A DNA stretch of 34,631 bases from Pseudomonadota bacterium (GCA_918234285.1 CAKJXZ020000016.1:1-34631); one strand, 5' to 3'; positions 17,246-25,969 are shown, counted from the stretch's first letter. Numbers and translations are program-made. The notes: generated by a model from the sequence alone, not told the origin.

Positions 17246-17486
17246 ACACCCCCAGAAGTGAATACTCGCACACGGCTACAACATCCTTTTCAACCGGCAC
17301 CGGCAATTCATCAAACACATGGAAAATAACGTGATCACCCTCTTTAACAGAGTGCACCTCCGGACCAACTGAAACAACGCGCCCCGTTGTTCGCGGATTG
17401 GTGATATCATCGGGCAAAATAATCCCGTTAATCTTTTCCGGCTCATCGAGTTTTACAAAAACCCTGTCCATTATCGCTTTTACCAT
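17235..17486 (-). CDS. groES: Co-chaperonin GroES/Cpn10 family protein
   Basis: DRVFVK...GIILP...GRVVSVGP..VKEGDHVIF...LLGV. Confidence 0.85.
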   Translation of the reverse strand: MVKAIMDRVFVKLDEPEKINGIILPDDITNPRTTGRVVSVGPEVHSVKEGDHVIFHVFDELPVPVEKDVVAVCEYSLLGVFDD

Positions 17487-18808
17487 CCATTACTCCTATT
17501 TTTACGCGCTGCATCGGCGAACAATGTCTCAATGCTTACGTTATTATTACCATACAACTGCGCACTTCCGTTGTCAAAAACCGGCTCGGCAAACGTTAAA
17601 ACAAATGCATCCGCTTTGTCCGGCGAGCGCAAAAGGTTCTTTTTTACCTCATCTTTACTGGCCAGTTTCAGCCGGCCATATCCGTCATAGCCTTTTTCAA
17701 CGCTGCATAACTCTTCAAAAAGCTCATCATCTTTAGGTAGTTGCACCGGCAAATCACTTTTCAGCCATTGATTGGCTTCACCCCACATTTCCGAGCGTTT
17801 GTTGACATACCGGTCATTGTAAATAGCTTTGGCGCCAAAATTGATGCCGCGCACAACTTTCCCATAACCTCGGTCATTCAGAATGTCATAAACACCGGCA
17901 CCCAAGCCGCCAATGTCTATAAAAACGCGTGCCGGCCTCAAATTATAGATGTCAGATGTGATTTTGTTGGCAACTGCCACATTATCCATATTGCTGAAAG
18001 CCTCAATTTTATAGCACCATCTGCCGCGCCGGTAACAAAAGACCGTCTTATCATCACCAAATCTGGCCACATCCACACCAATAATCAGCGGACTATCGCT
18101 TTTATCTATTTTTGGCTCCATGGCGTTGCGCACATCTTTGGCCGCAATCAGTTTATAATTGCCGGCATAGACCGGAGCGCCCATCCAAATATGATCATAT
18201 TCGTCCGGATCTTCCCGTTTGCATTTTTCGGCCAAATAAATCATCTCTTCCGGACAATACGGGTTTTCATCATAATTGATGCGGCAAATAAACGTTCTAT
18301 CATCCGGATGCGCTGCCACCGCCTGCCAGATTGGATCATTTTCCTTGTCTCGGTTCATACTGATCCAGATTTCCGAGCCCTCTTTTCTGATTGTTGGCTC
18401 AAGGATTTTCCAGCTCTTTTTGCTGATTTTCTGCGCCTCCTCAATCCAGCAGATGTCAACACCCTCAAGCGACTTGATATTTTCCGCAACGGTATCATGC
18501 AAGCCCTTAAAGATGAACCTTGAGCCGGTCACAACGTTTTCAACTCTGTCCTCATAGAACACAAAATCATCAAAGCCGTAATATTCCGCACGGTCTTTGA
18601 GTAGTTTGTAAACAGAATCCTTGATGCTTTCCTGAACCTCACGCACGCAGGCAATAAAGACCTTTTTTGAGCGGGCAATAAGCAACAAACTATCGGCAAA
18701 GGCGTAGCTCTTACCACCGGCACGCCCTCCGTAATAAAGTTTATTGCGATAATGCTCAGTTAATAGTGGCCTGAACTTTTCCGCTATTTTCACCGTCACC
18801 GTTTGCAT
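17480..18808 (-). CDS. terL: Terminase large subunit
   Basis: Walker A GGRAGGKS, Walker B WIEEAQ, nuclease IGVDVARFGDD and RSPDKADA. Confidence 0.95.
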   Translation of the reverse strand: MQTVTVKIAEKFRPLLTEHYRNKLYYGGRAGGKSYAFADSLLLIARSKKVFIACVREVQESIKDSVYKLLKDRAEYYGFDDFVFYEDRVENVVTGSRFIFKGLHDTVAENIKSLEGVDICWIEEAQKISKKSWKILEPTIRKEGSEIWISMNRDKENDPIWQAVAAHPDDRTFICRINYDENPYCPEEMIYLAEKCKREDPDEYDHIWMGAPVYAGNYKLIAAKDVRNAMEPKIDKSDSPLIIGVDVARFGDDKTVFCYRRGRWCYKIEAFSNMDNVAVANKITSDIYNLRPARVFIDIGGLGAGVYDILNDRGYGKVVRGINFGAKAIYNDRYVNKRSEMWGEANQWLKSDLPVQLPKDDELFEELCSVEKGYDGYGRLKLASKDEVKKNLLRSPDKADAFVLTFAEPVFDNGSAQLYGNNNVSIETLFADAARKNRSNGW

Positions 18809-19148
18809 TGTCATCCTCTTTTATCGGCTTGGCCTCAAACACAACCAACGCCTGCGTCAAATTGAAATTGCCGCTCAGTTTATCAACCGGTTTTTCGCCG
18901 ACCGTGTCTCTGATAAATTCCATTGCCTTGATATTACCTTTTTGTGCTTTTTTAATCGCCGCAACCAAAATGGCCTCAAGCGTGTCAACGTCTTTTTTCT
19001 TGGCCGCCGGTTGCGTCAATAAATAATCCAGCATTTCGCGCATTGTTTTACGCCTTTTGGCTGCCGCTGCCGACTTTTTACCGCCGATTGAGCCGATTTC
19101 CTTAGCTTTTTCCGATGTTAATCGCTGTAAATTCTCAATATTTGCCAT
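18756..19148 (-). CDS. terS: Terminase small subunit
   Basis: MANIENL..., GSIGGKKS, AQKGNIKAMEFIRDTVGEKP; directly upstream of terL. Confidence 0.75.
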   Translation of the reverse strand: MANIENLQRLTSEKAKEIGSIGGKKSAAAAKRRKTMREMLDYLLTQPAAKKKDVDTLEAILVAAIKKAQKGNIKAMEFIRDTVGEKPVDKLSGNFNLTQALVVFEAKPIKEDDNANGDGENSGKVQATIN

Positions 19149-19157
19149 GATAACCTC

Positions 19158-20324
19158 TTAATTTATCCGAACGATGCCTCTTTTTTCCAAATCACGCACG
19201 ATTGTTTCTTCCGTTGCGTAGTCATGCCATGTCACATAACCCTCCGGATTGTAAAATGTAGGCGTTTTCTCAAAATCAAATCCATACAAATCAATTTTAG
19301 CCGCGCCAGCTTCACGGCATAAATCAATGGCCATAAATCCGGTTGACGGCTGCTTGCCGATCCAAGCTCTTAATCTTCTGCGAATGCGGTTTTTTATGGT
19401 TATATTGCCGCATCTGGTACCCATTGACCGGTTGACCGAATAAACGGACTTATAACTGGCTTTTTCATCAATACTGAGTTCGCAAGCCAACATCAAAATG
19501 TCGGTGCGGCTTCCTTGCGCCGCCGGCACCGTTACAAATCCACGGTTAAACCGAATGATAACCTCATGCGCATCAATATCTTTGCCGTTTTGCTTGTCAA
19601 AAATGCTTCTGGCGTTGCCGACAATGGCCACCGTTTTATCCTTAATGAAGTTTTTTATCTCATAAATTTCTTCATAAGGCTCATAACTCATCAAACTTTT
19701 ATTCTTGCCGCATATATGCCAAATGGCAATATCTTCCGCATCAATTGTCCTGTCGCCATAATCCCGATTGTAGCAATAGTTATATTTTACCGGCAGAAAT
19801 TCAATTTTGCCCTGCATGGCCACATTTATGAGCGTTTCTTCATGACACCAAAGTTTCGGCTCCGGATGCTCGGCCAAACATTTCTTTGTGAAGTCAATTT
19901 TGCGCAGGTTTTCCAAATTCATCAGCATAACACCGGAATTAACATATTTTTCAACGCCTAAATCCGCGGCTTGTATTTTGCCGGCCTCATGGCCCTCACA
20001 TAAGCCGAGATATTCAACTTCCATGTTCCACAATTCATCAAGCGGCTTTTGCACAATGGTGTCCGGATCAATAAACAAAATCTTTTTATACGGCAATTCA
20101 GTCAAAAACAGTTTCAAATATGTTGTTTGTGTGATGCGCTCATGTTCTTTGCGCTTCCGGTATTGCTCGGTTAAAGGAATGACTACATTGTCAAAGTCTG
20201 TTTCCACCGGCTCCGGACTGACAACCGTTATGTGCGCATCCGGATTGGTTTTCAAAAGAGATGCCGCCGATTTTTCAACAAAAGGCATGTATTTTTCATC
20301 ACTAACGTAAACAACTTCCATCAT
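19158..20324 (-). CDS. Bifunctional glycosyltransferase: GT8 domain fused to GT29 (sialyltransferase-like) domain
   Basis: GT8: FIDPDTIV, YVNSGVMLMNL, IWHICGKNK. GT29: AIVGN...IDAHEVIIRFN...GSRTD, PSTGFMAIDLC, LYGF, HDYATE. GGAGG RBS before ATG 20324. Confidence 0.8.
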   Translation of the reverse strand: MMEVVYVSDEKYMPFVEKSAASLLKTNPDAHITVVSPEPVETDFDNVVIPLTEQYRKRKEHERITQTTYLKLFLTELPYKKILFIDPDTIVQKPLDELWNMEVEYLGLCEGHEAGKIQAADLGVEKYVNSGVMLMNLENLRKIDFTKKCLAEHPEPKLWCHEETLINVAMQGKIEFLPVKYNYCYNRDYGDRTIDAEDIAIWHICGKNKSLMSYEPYEEIYEIKNFIKDKTVAIVGNARSIFDKQNGKDIDAHEVIIRFNRGFVTVPAAQGSRTDILMLACELSIDEKASYKSVYSVNRSMGTRCGNITIKNRIRRRLRAWIGKQPSTGFMAIDLCREAGAAKIDLYGFDFEKTPTFYNPEGYVTWHDYATEETIVRDLEKRGIVRIN

Positions 20325-20445
20325 TTTGTTTTGTATCCCTCCGTATATTTGCCGCACCATTCGCACCGGTAACCGCCAACGCAATATTTTTTGCGATGAA
20401 AACCCCAAATACACAATGTCAATCTGATTTTACGCCACAATCTTC

Positions 20446-20715
20446 TCATTCCAAGGCCTCCGCTTTTTCAAAAAGTATTTCAATCCGTTTAATCTGCCGA
20501 GCCAGTGTCCTTTGCTCAATGTCATCGGCAATTATGCGCAACGCATAAACAAATTCCAATCGTGTTTCATCTCTTAAATTTTCGTCATACTCCTCTTTGC
20601 TCTCGCCTTTGAGCTGATACGGTAGCCTTTTCTTTGCGCGTTGCTGCGCACCCCTCCAAACTTCGCCAAAAAACCGTGCTTCCGGTATATCATCAAAAAG
20701 GCTTCCCTGTTGCAT
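20446..20715 (-). CDS. Hypothetical protein
   Basis: 89-aa ORF with AAGGGG RBS. Confidence 0.55.
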   Translation of the reverse strand: MQQGSLFDDIPEARFFGEVWRGAQQRAKKRLPYQLKGESKEEYDENLRDETRLEFVYALRIIADDIEQRTLARQIKRIEILFEKAEALE

Positions 20716-20749
20716 ATTCTACCCCTTTACTACATCATCAGTCAAATTC

Positions 20750-21094
20750 CTAACCCTCAACATGCCGCCATTCGCCGTCAATACAAGCAAATCGGCGCGT
20801 TGCGTTCACATCCATTTTGGCGTCCACCGCATCCGCAATTTCCGGCCATTTCTTTTTCTGCTCGATCTGCCGCAAAATAAACCACGCCGAATAATCGCTG
20901 AAACGCAAGTATAATGATGCGGCGCTGATATACACATCCGCCAACTCTTCCAGTTTGGCGTCATAAGTGCCATGCTTTAAGGCGTCAAAAAACTCTCTGC
21001 ATTCCAAATGAAGCTTTTTTCTTTGCTGCTCAGCCTTGCATCCGACAAAGGTCTGTCTGTGCCATTGAGCAATGAGTGACTTATTCCATTTCAT
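20750..21094 (-). CDS. MazG-like nucleotide pyrophosphohydrolase
   Basis: KLHLECREF...LEELADVYI...KMDVNATR motif. Confidence 0.75.
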   Translation of the reverse strand: MKWNKSLIAQWHRQTFVGCKAEQQRKKLHLECREFFDALKHGTYDAKLEELADVYISAASLYLRFSDYSAWFILRQIEQKKKWPEIADAVDAKMDVNATRRFACIDGEWRHVEG

Positions 21095-21309
21095 TTTTTC
21101 ACCCCAAAATGTCTGAATAATTCCGAAAAATTTACATTAGCCGTGCTGGTTTCGTGCTTACGATTTTCCGCAGCGGCGATTTTTTGACCGTAGGCGGCCA
21201 ATTTCAAAACGCGCCCGTCATCTGCCAAGATTTTCACCTCAAACGCCTGTATGTTGAATTTTTGCGCCTTAGCGACCGCCTTTCTCAATTCATCAAATAC
21301 CGCCATCAC
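21091..21309 (-). CDS. Hypothetical protein
   Basis: 72 aa, 4-bp overlaps on both sides. Confidence 0.55.
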   Translation of the reverse strand: MMAVFDELRKAVAKAQKFNIQAFEVKILADDGRVLKLAAYGQKIAAAENRKHETSTANVNFSELFRHFGVKK

Positions 21310-21983
21310 ATTGCACCTCTGAAATGCGCCGATAAAACATTGACCTGCGGCGTCTTAAATTTACTGTCTGTTTGCGGCATAGATACGCCGTAAAGCTTGC
21401 CTTTTCTGCTCAAAAGGTCGTTTTTACTTTCAAAGGCAATTTCTTTTCCGCGGTTTTTCATTGATACGATCCGCAAGGCTTCATCCATCCGGTCAAGCAA
21501 TCCGTTTTCTTGTGCCAGTTTGATATTTCTTGGCCAATGGCTCATAGCATAGGCATATTCTTCCGCCGGTATAACTTCGGCGAGCCAATCCTCAGTGCAA
21601 AGTCTGAACGCTTGGCGATAATCCCAGAGAAAATGATGCAGATTTCCGGCTTCATCATCTTTAGCCATTAAAGTTTCGGCTGTCGGCAAAAGAGTTGTAC
21701 TTTCCGTTTTTTGTGCTTCCGGCGATTTTTGCTCGTCCTTGTGATCCTCTTCAAGATACGCCAACAAATGCGCCACTTTCGGAGCCGTGCGGTCGTTCTT
21801 ATAGGTCCAATACCGGCGGATGGCAGATTTCACATCGGCAAAACTATAATCCTCAAACGATGCTTTCCACATTCCGTATAATTCCGGATTTTCAATATCA
21901 ATATTGAGCAGGGCCTGCTTGTTTTCACCATCCCGATAAAGCTCGTCAATATAACACAAAATTTCGATTGTTTTATCCATCAT
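21306..21983 (-). CDS. Putative helicase loader/inhibitor-like replication protein
   Basis: WKASFEDYSFADVKSAIRRY...APKVAHL pattern; follows the initiator. Confidence 0.5.
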   Translation of the reverse strand: MMDKTIEILCYIDELYRDGENKQALLNIDIENPELYGMWKASFEDYSFADVKSAIRRYWTYKNDRTAPKVAHLLAYLEEDHKDEQKSPEAQKTESTTLLPTAETLMAKDDEAGNLHHFLWDYRQAFRLCTEDWLAEVIPAEEYAYAMSHWPRNIKLAQENGLLDRMDEALRIVSMKNRGKEIAFESKNDLLSRKGKLYGVSMPQTDSKFKTPQVNVLSAHFRGAM

Positions 21984-21984
21984 T

Positions 21985-22575
21985 TTACTGCTCCCACCAA
22001 TTACGATTGTCATTGCATTCGGCCATTTTACGGCTTACCGGTGCCGTTGCTTCGCTTCTGTACCAGTTTCGCACTGCTGCCCTCCAGTCTTTCATCGGAT
22101 TTTTTCCGACTTTCCATCCTTTACACTCGTAAAAGTCATAAAAGCGTCCAACATCAATGTTGTTGCCACTTTCCAAGCAATACTGACTGATTTCATCATG
22201 TGTCGGTTTTACGAAATTTTTAACTTTTTCTTTTTGGACACACTTTAGTGTGTCTTTTTCTTTTTCTACATTTACATTTACATTTACATTAGCTTCGCGT
22301 TCGGTTTCGGTTTGGTTATTGTTTGGTTTGTTTTCGGTTTCGGTTTGGTTTTTACAACGACCGCCATTTTTACCGTTCTCAAATCTTTGGTTGTTTTTAT
22401 CAATTTGCGGCTTGGCTAATGTAAAGAATAATCTGACTACCGGAGCCATTTTTTCAGGCTCAACACCATTGATGGCATAATTGGCCAAAGCATCAAAACA
22501 CTGGCCTTTTTCCGTGTCAGATAGATCCTGCATCGCCTCATAAAAACTACGATAAAATACAAAACTATCCCTCAT
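21985..22575 (-). CDS. Phage replication initiator (DUF6291-like N-terminus)
   Basis: MRDSFVFYRSFYEA..., NGKNGGR, FVKPT, FYDFYECKGWKVGKNPMKDWRAAVRNW; internal iterons. Confidence 0.8.
   Translation of the reverse strand: MRDSFVFYRSFYEAMQDLSDTEKGQCFDALANYAINGVEPEKMAPVVRLFFTLAKPQIDKNNQRFENGKNGGRCKNQTETENKPNNNQTETEREANVNVNVNVEKEKDTLKCVQKEKVKNFVKPTHDEISQYCLESGNNIDVGRFYDFYECKGWKVGKNPMKDWRAAVRNWYRSEATAPVSRKMAECNDNRNWWEQ
22267..22350. repeat. Probable phage replication origin inside the initiator gene
   Basis: TTCGGTTTCGGTTTGGTT at 22300-22317 and 22333-22350, plus (TACATT)4 at 22267-22290. Confidence 0.7.
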
Positions 22576-22579
22576 TCCT

Positions 22580-23005
22580 TTATGTCCTTAAAAGGAGGGA
22601 GCGCTTTTGCGCTGGACTACACACGGCGCTCCCGTCATTGTTTCCGATGTCCAAATCTCTGTCCACAAAATTGATGCAGTCATCCAGCGTGCGGATAATT
22701 TCATAATTTCCGCCTCTGAATTTGATTTCCTGCTCAAAATATTTCTGATTATCCGACTGCGTGCCGGTTTTGCCGTTTTTCAGCTCCAAATATGTAACGC
22801 GCCCGTATTTGTTTATGACAACCAAGTCAGATTGTCCGAGTGTGTATCCCATCGATTTACGGCTCGCTACAAACATCGAGCGATCTCTGTCGTTATGTAC
22901 CGGCAAATATTTGAGAGCACTCATCACATCACTGTCAGAGGTGATATATCCCCGCATCCTCAAATATTTTGTGACTTGGCAACTCAATGTGTGCTCTGGC
23001 TTCAT
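22580..23005 (-). CDS. VRR-NUC domain nuclease
   Basis: GQSDLVVI...YLELKNGKTGTQSDNQK PD-(D/E)xK motif. Confidence 0.85.
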   Translation of the reverse strand: MKPEHTLSCQVTKYLRMRGYITSDSDVMSALKYLPVHNDRDRSMFVASRKSMGYTLGQSDLVVINKYGRVTYLELKNGKTGTQSDNQKYFEQEIKFRGGNYEIIRTLDDCINFVDRDLDIGNNDGSAVCSPAQKRSLLLRT

Positions 23006-23009
23006 TAAA

Positions 23010-23315
23010 TTACTTTCCTAAAAAATAACCACACAAAAACATTGCTGCCATAAATGTCGGCGTCAGGATCAAATCAATCTTATTCCACTTTTGTATGTGT
23101 TTTAAGACTTTATCCAGCAGGTCCGAATATTCTTTGTTGATCTTGGTCAAAGCCTCATTCAAGGCAAACACTTTTGCCGATGTTTCCAAAATCTCAGTAT
23201 TCAGATTTTTATAAAATTCCGCTTCTTCTTGTAATTCTTTATTATTGCCTTTTAAATCGTTGTATTTTTTAGATTTATCGCAATATAGTTTTTCAAATTT
23301 CTTTTCTGATGTCAT
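23010..23315 (-). CDS. Coiled-coil protein with C-terminal TM anchor
   Basis: AAGGA RBS before ATG 23315; hydrophobic C-terminus. Confidence 0.6.
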   Translation of the reverse strand: MTSEKKFEKLYCDKSKKYNDLKGNNKELQEEAEFYKNLNTEILETSAKVFALNEALTKINKEYSDLLDKVLKHIQKWNKIDLILTPTFMAAMFLCGYFLGK

Positions 23316-23390
23316 TTCTTTTTCCTTTTCAATTGGGAAGTGCCGGAGCAAGCAGAATTTCATGATTAAGAGCCACTCCGGCATTGATAT

Positions 23391-24284
23391 CTATCTTCCT
23401 TGTGGTAACTCGCCAGCAAATACCGGCAAAGCAACCTCTTTTTTGATCTTTTCCAATTCTTCATTGATGGCGTTGTTTATGGCATTATCCAAGTCAATGA
23501 CCTCATACCACCATTTAACCGTGCCATTATAAAGGCGATATCTCAAGCGGCACGGCAATTGATAAGCCTTACCACCGTTCAAAATCGGAATAACAATCAA
23601 AAACATATTCGGCACTTTGATTTTGTTTCCGGCAGCGTCTTGATGCTCGCTTGAAAAATCAAGTGTCGCCTCGCCGGTGTTGGTATCAAATTTCACGGTT
23701 GCGCGTTCATCGTTCCGGATCGCAATACCTCTTGACAATTCAACCATTTTTTGAGTGCTGGCATAAAAACCGCCAACACGGGCCCGAATTTCTTTCAAAC
23801 TGTCGCTTTCCTTATCCGGTGCCGGTGCATCTGATAAATCAAGGACATTTCTCTCAATGAAAAAGGCAAAATCAACCTGAGACATTGTTTCACCGTTATG
23901 ATTTTTCCATTCCTGCAATTCTTTACTAAACGGGAATTTATAAGTTGCCAGATGCTTTTCAAAGCTGGCATGTTCTTTGGTTGCGCAATCGAAAATACAA
24001 GTGACCATTTGCGCATCTTTGTTGTAAAAAATCGCCGAATTATCAGCTTTGTAGCGGTTTACAAATTCACAAAAACTGGTGCAATCATGCAAAAATGTCA
24101 AACCTTTTAAGGTTTCCGGCGTTGTGCGCTCTTCGTCAATATACTTTTTGAGCGGCACAACATTCATATTTTCCGGATACACAATAAAACCATTCGTGTT
24201 TGTTGCCTCAATGGCTCGCGGCGTGTATAGATCTTCCATCGTCTCACGCATGGCAACAACGTCATTTTTAACCTCATTATCCAT
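23391..24284 (-). CDS. DUF2303 / YfdQ-family phage protein
   Basis: SFCEFVNRY, MSQVDFAFFIERN, IPILNGG...RLRYRL motifs. Confidence 0.8.
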   Translation of the reverse strand: MDNEVKNDVVAMRETMEDLYTPRAIEATNTNGFIVYPENMNVVPLKKYIDEERTTPETLKGLTFLHDCTSFCEFVNRYKADNSAIFYNKDAQMVTCIFDCATKEHASFEKHLATYKFPFSKELQEWKNHNGETMSQVDFAFFIERNVLDLSDAPAPDKESDSLKEIRARVGGFYASTQKMVELSRGIAIRNDERATVKFDTNTGEATLDFSSEHQDAAGNKIKVPNMFLIVIPILNGGKAYQLPCRLRYRLYNGTVKWWYEVIDLDNAINNAINEELEKIKKEVALPVFAGELPQGR

Positions 24285-24663
24285 TGATATCTTTCCTTTC
24301 CATGTCATAATTAACTACTTCACGCTTGTTTGATACCACCTCAAACGGCAGGCGCGGCTGCTTCGGATTTTCGCGGCTCAAAGCGTTGTTTTTGGTTGTC
24401 CAGAATATTGTGTTGCCTCTCGGCTTTTCTGGGTTCTTAGAGGTAACGCTGGCCTGAATGACCAAGTTGCCGCTGCTGAGCACCAAACTTAAATTGATGC
24501 TGATTGTGGCTTTCGCCGCTCTAAGACCATCAACATCGCAACGCTCGCGCATCGCTTTGATCGCCTCTTCAAGCTTATTGGAGCAATCAGTATTGAACTG
24601 ACCGTCTTCAAGCTCCCAAAGAACTCGGCTAAAGTCCTTTATTTCATCAGTTTTGTTTTCCAT
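24277..24663 (-). CDS. Hypothetical protein usually paired with DUF2303 (YfdP-like)
   Basis: IFWTTKNNALSRENPKQPRLPF motif; adjacency. Confidence 0.6.
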   Translation of the reverse strand: MENKTDEIKDFSRVLWELEDGQFNTDCSNKLEEAIKAMRERCDVDGLRAAKATISINLSLVLSSGNLVIQASVTSKNPEKPRGNTIFWTTKNNALSRENPKQPRLPFEVVSNKREVVNYDMERKDING

Positions 24664-24871
24664 TATTTTCCCTTTCGTTGTTGTAAAAATCGTTTGCGGT
24701 AACTTCGCCGCCGGTATATTCCACAATTTTTTGCATTCTATCAGGGCGCGGAATAACATCACCGGAGCAATAACGTGAAATATCGGCTTGACTACAGCCA
24801 AGCTCACGCGCTAATTCTGCTTGTGATTTCCCTGATTTTTCTGATTTATCTATCCATTCTCTAAACTGCAT
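24647..24871 (-). CDS. cro: Cro-like HTH_XRE regulator
   Basis: SQAELARELGCSQADISRY...PRPDRMQKI...GEVTANDF; divergent from the repressor. Confidence 0.85.
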   Translation of the reverse strand: MQFREWIDKSEKSGKSQAELARELGCSQADISRYCSGDVIPRPDRMQKIVEYTGGEVTANDFYNNERENNGKQN

Positions 24872-24891
24872 ATTTACGCCTCCTGTATAAC

Positions 24892-24977
24892 CTTTTATAC
24901 AATTATCGTATAAATGTCAATACAAAAATTGTATTTTACAAACTGCTTTTTTTGTGTTATTTATACATTAAATGTAT
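24892..24977. promoter_or_regulatory. OR/PR region: three ATACA-N5-(T/C)GTAT operators and leftward promoter
   Basis: Operators at 24897-24911, 24920-24934, 24963-24977; -35 TTGACA (minus strand) at 24915-24920. Confidence 0.8.
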
Positions 24978-24992
24978 TTACAGGGGAAAATT

Positions 24993-25655
24993 ATGTCTCG
25001 ATGGGATTTCTTAAAACAAATTGCAGATGATAATAACTTGACGCAAACAGATCTGGCCAAAGCTCTGGGGTGGCAACAAACAAGATTTTCAGACCTTTTT
25101 TCAGACAAGATTTCTATACCTGCCAAAAAAGTGTATGATTTTGCTTGCTTCTTTGGGCTTGATTATAAAGAGCTTAAAGATTACAACGACAATAAGACCG
25201 ATAAGATACCATCCAGAACAAGTGAAGTGATCAAACCGGACATTGTGCATATTGATGTTTTGGATGTCCGCGCCTGCTGCGGCGATGGCATTGAAAACTT
25301 TACCGAAAATGTCATTGGTCAACAAATGATGACACTTCCGGCACTGCGTGAATTCACGTCTCAGGCCCCTGAAAATATCAAAATCATCAAGGCAATCGGG
25401 GAATCCATGATGCCGACCATTCACACCGATGATGTTGTTTGGGTGGATATTTCGGTTAAAGCGCCGACTTCTGACGGGTTATATATATTATGTATCGGCT
25501 CTGATCTGCTTATCCGCCGCATCCAAATAAACCCGTTTGATAATACCGCCATGATACGGGCAGACAATTCTCAATATGCGCCAATTCCGCATAATAATTA
25601 CCGCAATATCAAGGTGATCGGCAAAGTTATTTATCACATGAGAAAAACCGCATGA
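24993..25655 (+). CDS. cI: CI-like repressor (HTH plus S24 domain)
   Basis: N-terminal TQTDLAKALG HTH; ACCGDG; GESMMP; VIGKV; GGGG RBS before ATG 24993. Confidence 0.9.
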   Translation: MSRWDFLKQIADDNNLTQTDLAKALGWQQTRFSDLFSDKISIPAKKVYDFACFFGLDYKELKDYNDNKTDKIPSRTSEVIKPDIVHIDVLDVRACCGDGIENFTENVIGQQMMTLPALREFTSQAPENIKIIKAIGESMMPTIHTDDVVWVDISVKAPTSDGLYILCIGSDLLIRRIQINPFDNTAMIRADNSQYAPIPHNNYRNIKVIGKVIYHMRKTA

Positions 25656-25783
25656 GTTATTACCTTTTTACAATTTTCATTTTTCTTGTTGCTGCTTTCG
25701 GTTTCAAAAACGAGCTTAACCGGCTTGAAAAGATAATTATGAACCTTGAGGATAAAATAACCAAATTACAAGAAAAAAAATAA
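25652..25783 (+). CDS. 43-aa membrane microprotein co-transcribed with cI (not in ORF track)
   Basis: ATGA overlap with the cI stop; MSYYLFTIFIFLVAAFGFKNELNRLEKIIMNLEDKITKLQEKK. Confidence 0.7.
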   Translation: MSYYLFTIFIFLVAAFGFKNELNRLEKIIMNLEDKITKLQEKK

Positions 25784-25820
25784 ATAAAGTAAATTATTTG
25801 ACCATTAACAATCTAACATA

Positions 25821-25846
25821 GTGGAGTTTTAGGCTCCATTTTTTTA
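25821..25846 (+). terminator. Terminator of cI transcript
   Basis: GTGGAG-TTTTAGG-CTCCAT followed by a T-run. Confidence 0.65.
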
Positions 25847-25899
25847 TTTTAAATTTATCTCTTTGATTTTCCGTAATAATACAAAAAATATGCAAAATT

Positions 25900-25960
25900 A
25901 TACATTTTCTGTATTGACATTTATACAATTATAGTATAACAATATATACAGAAATTGTTT
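25900..25960 (+). promoter_or_regulatory. OL/PL region: three operators at 23-bp period and rightward early promoter
   Basis: ATACA-N5-TGTAT-like sites at 25900, 25923, 25946; TTGACA at 25914-25919; near-duplicate of PR. Confidence 0.8.
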
Positions 25961-25969
25961 AACAGCCCC

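Noticed and set aside
17549-17577. Internal promoter TTGACA-N17-TATGGT upstream of groES
   Set aside because: Lies inside terL coding sequence and could be chance; no independent support.
22267-22350. CRISPR-like or novel repeat
   Set aside because: Short repeats without unique spacers inside a replication initiator; ordinary iteron origin.
385-24333. Numerous plus-strand ORFs opposite the leftward arm (and minus-strand ORFs opposite the rightward arm)
   Set aside because: They overlap well-supported genes on the other strand, mostly lack an RBS and show no recognisable motifs.
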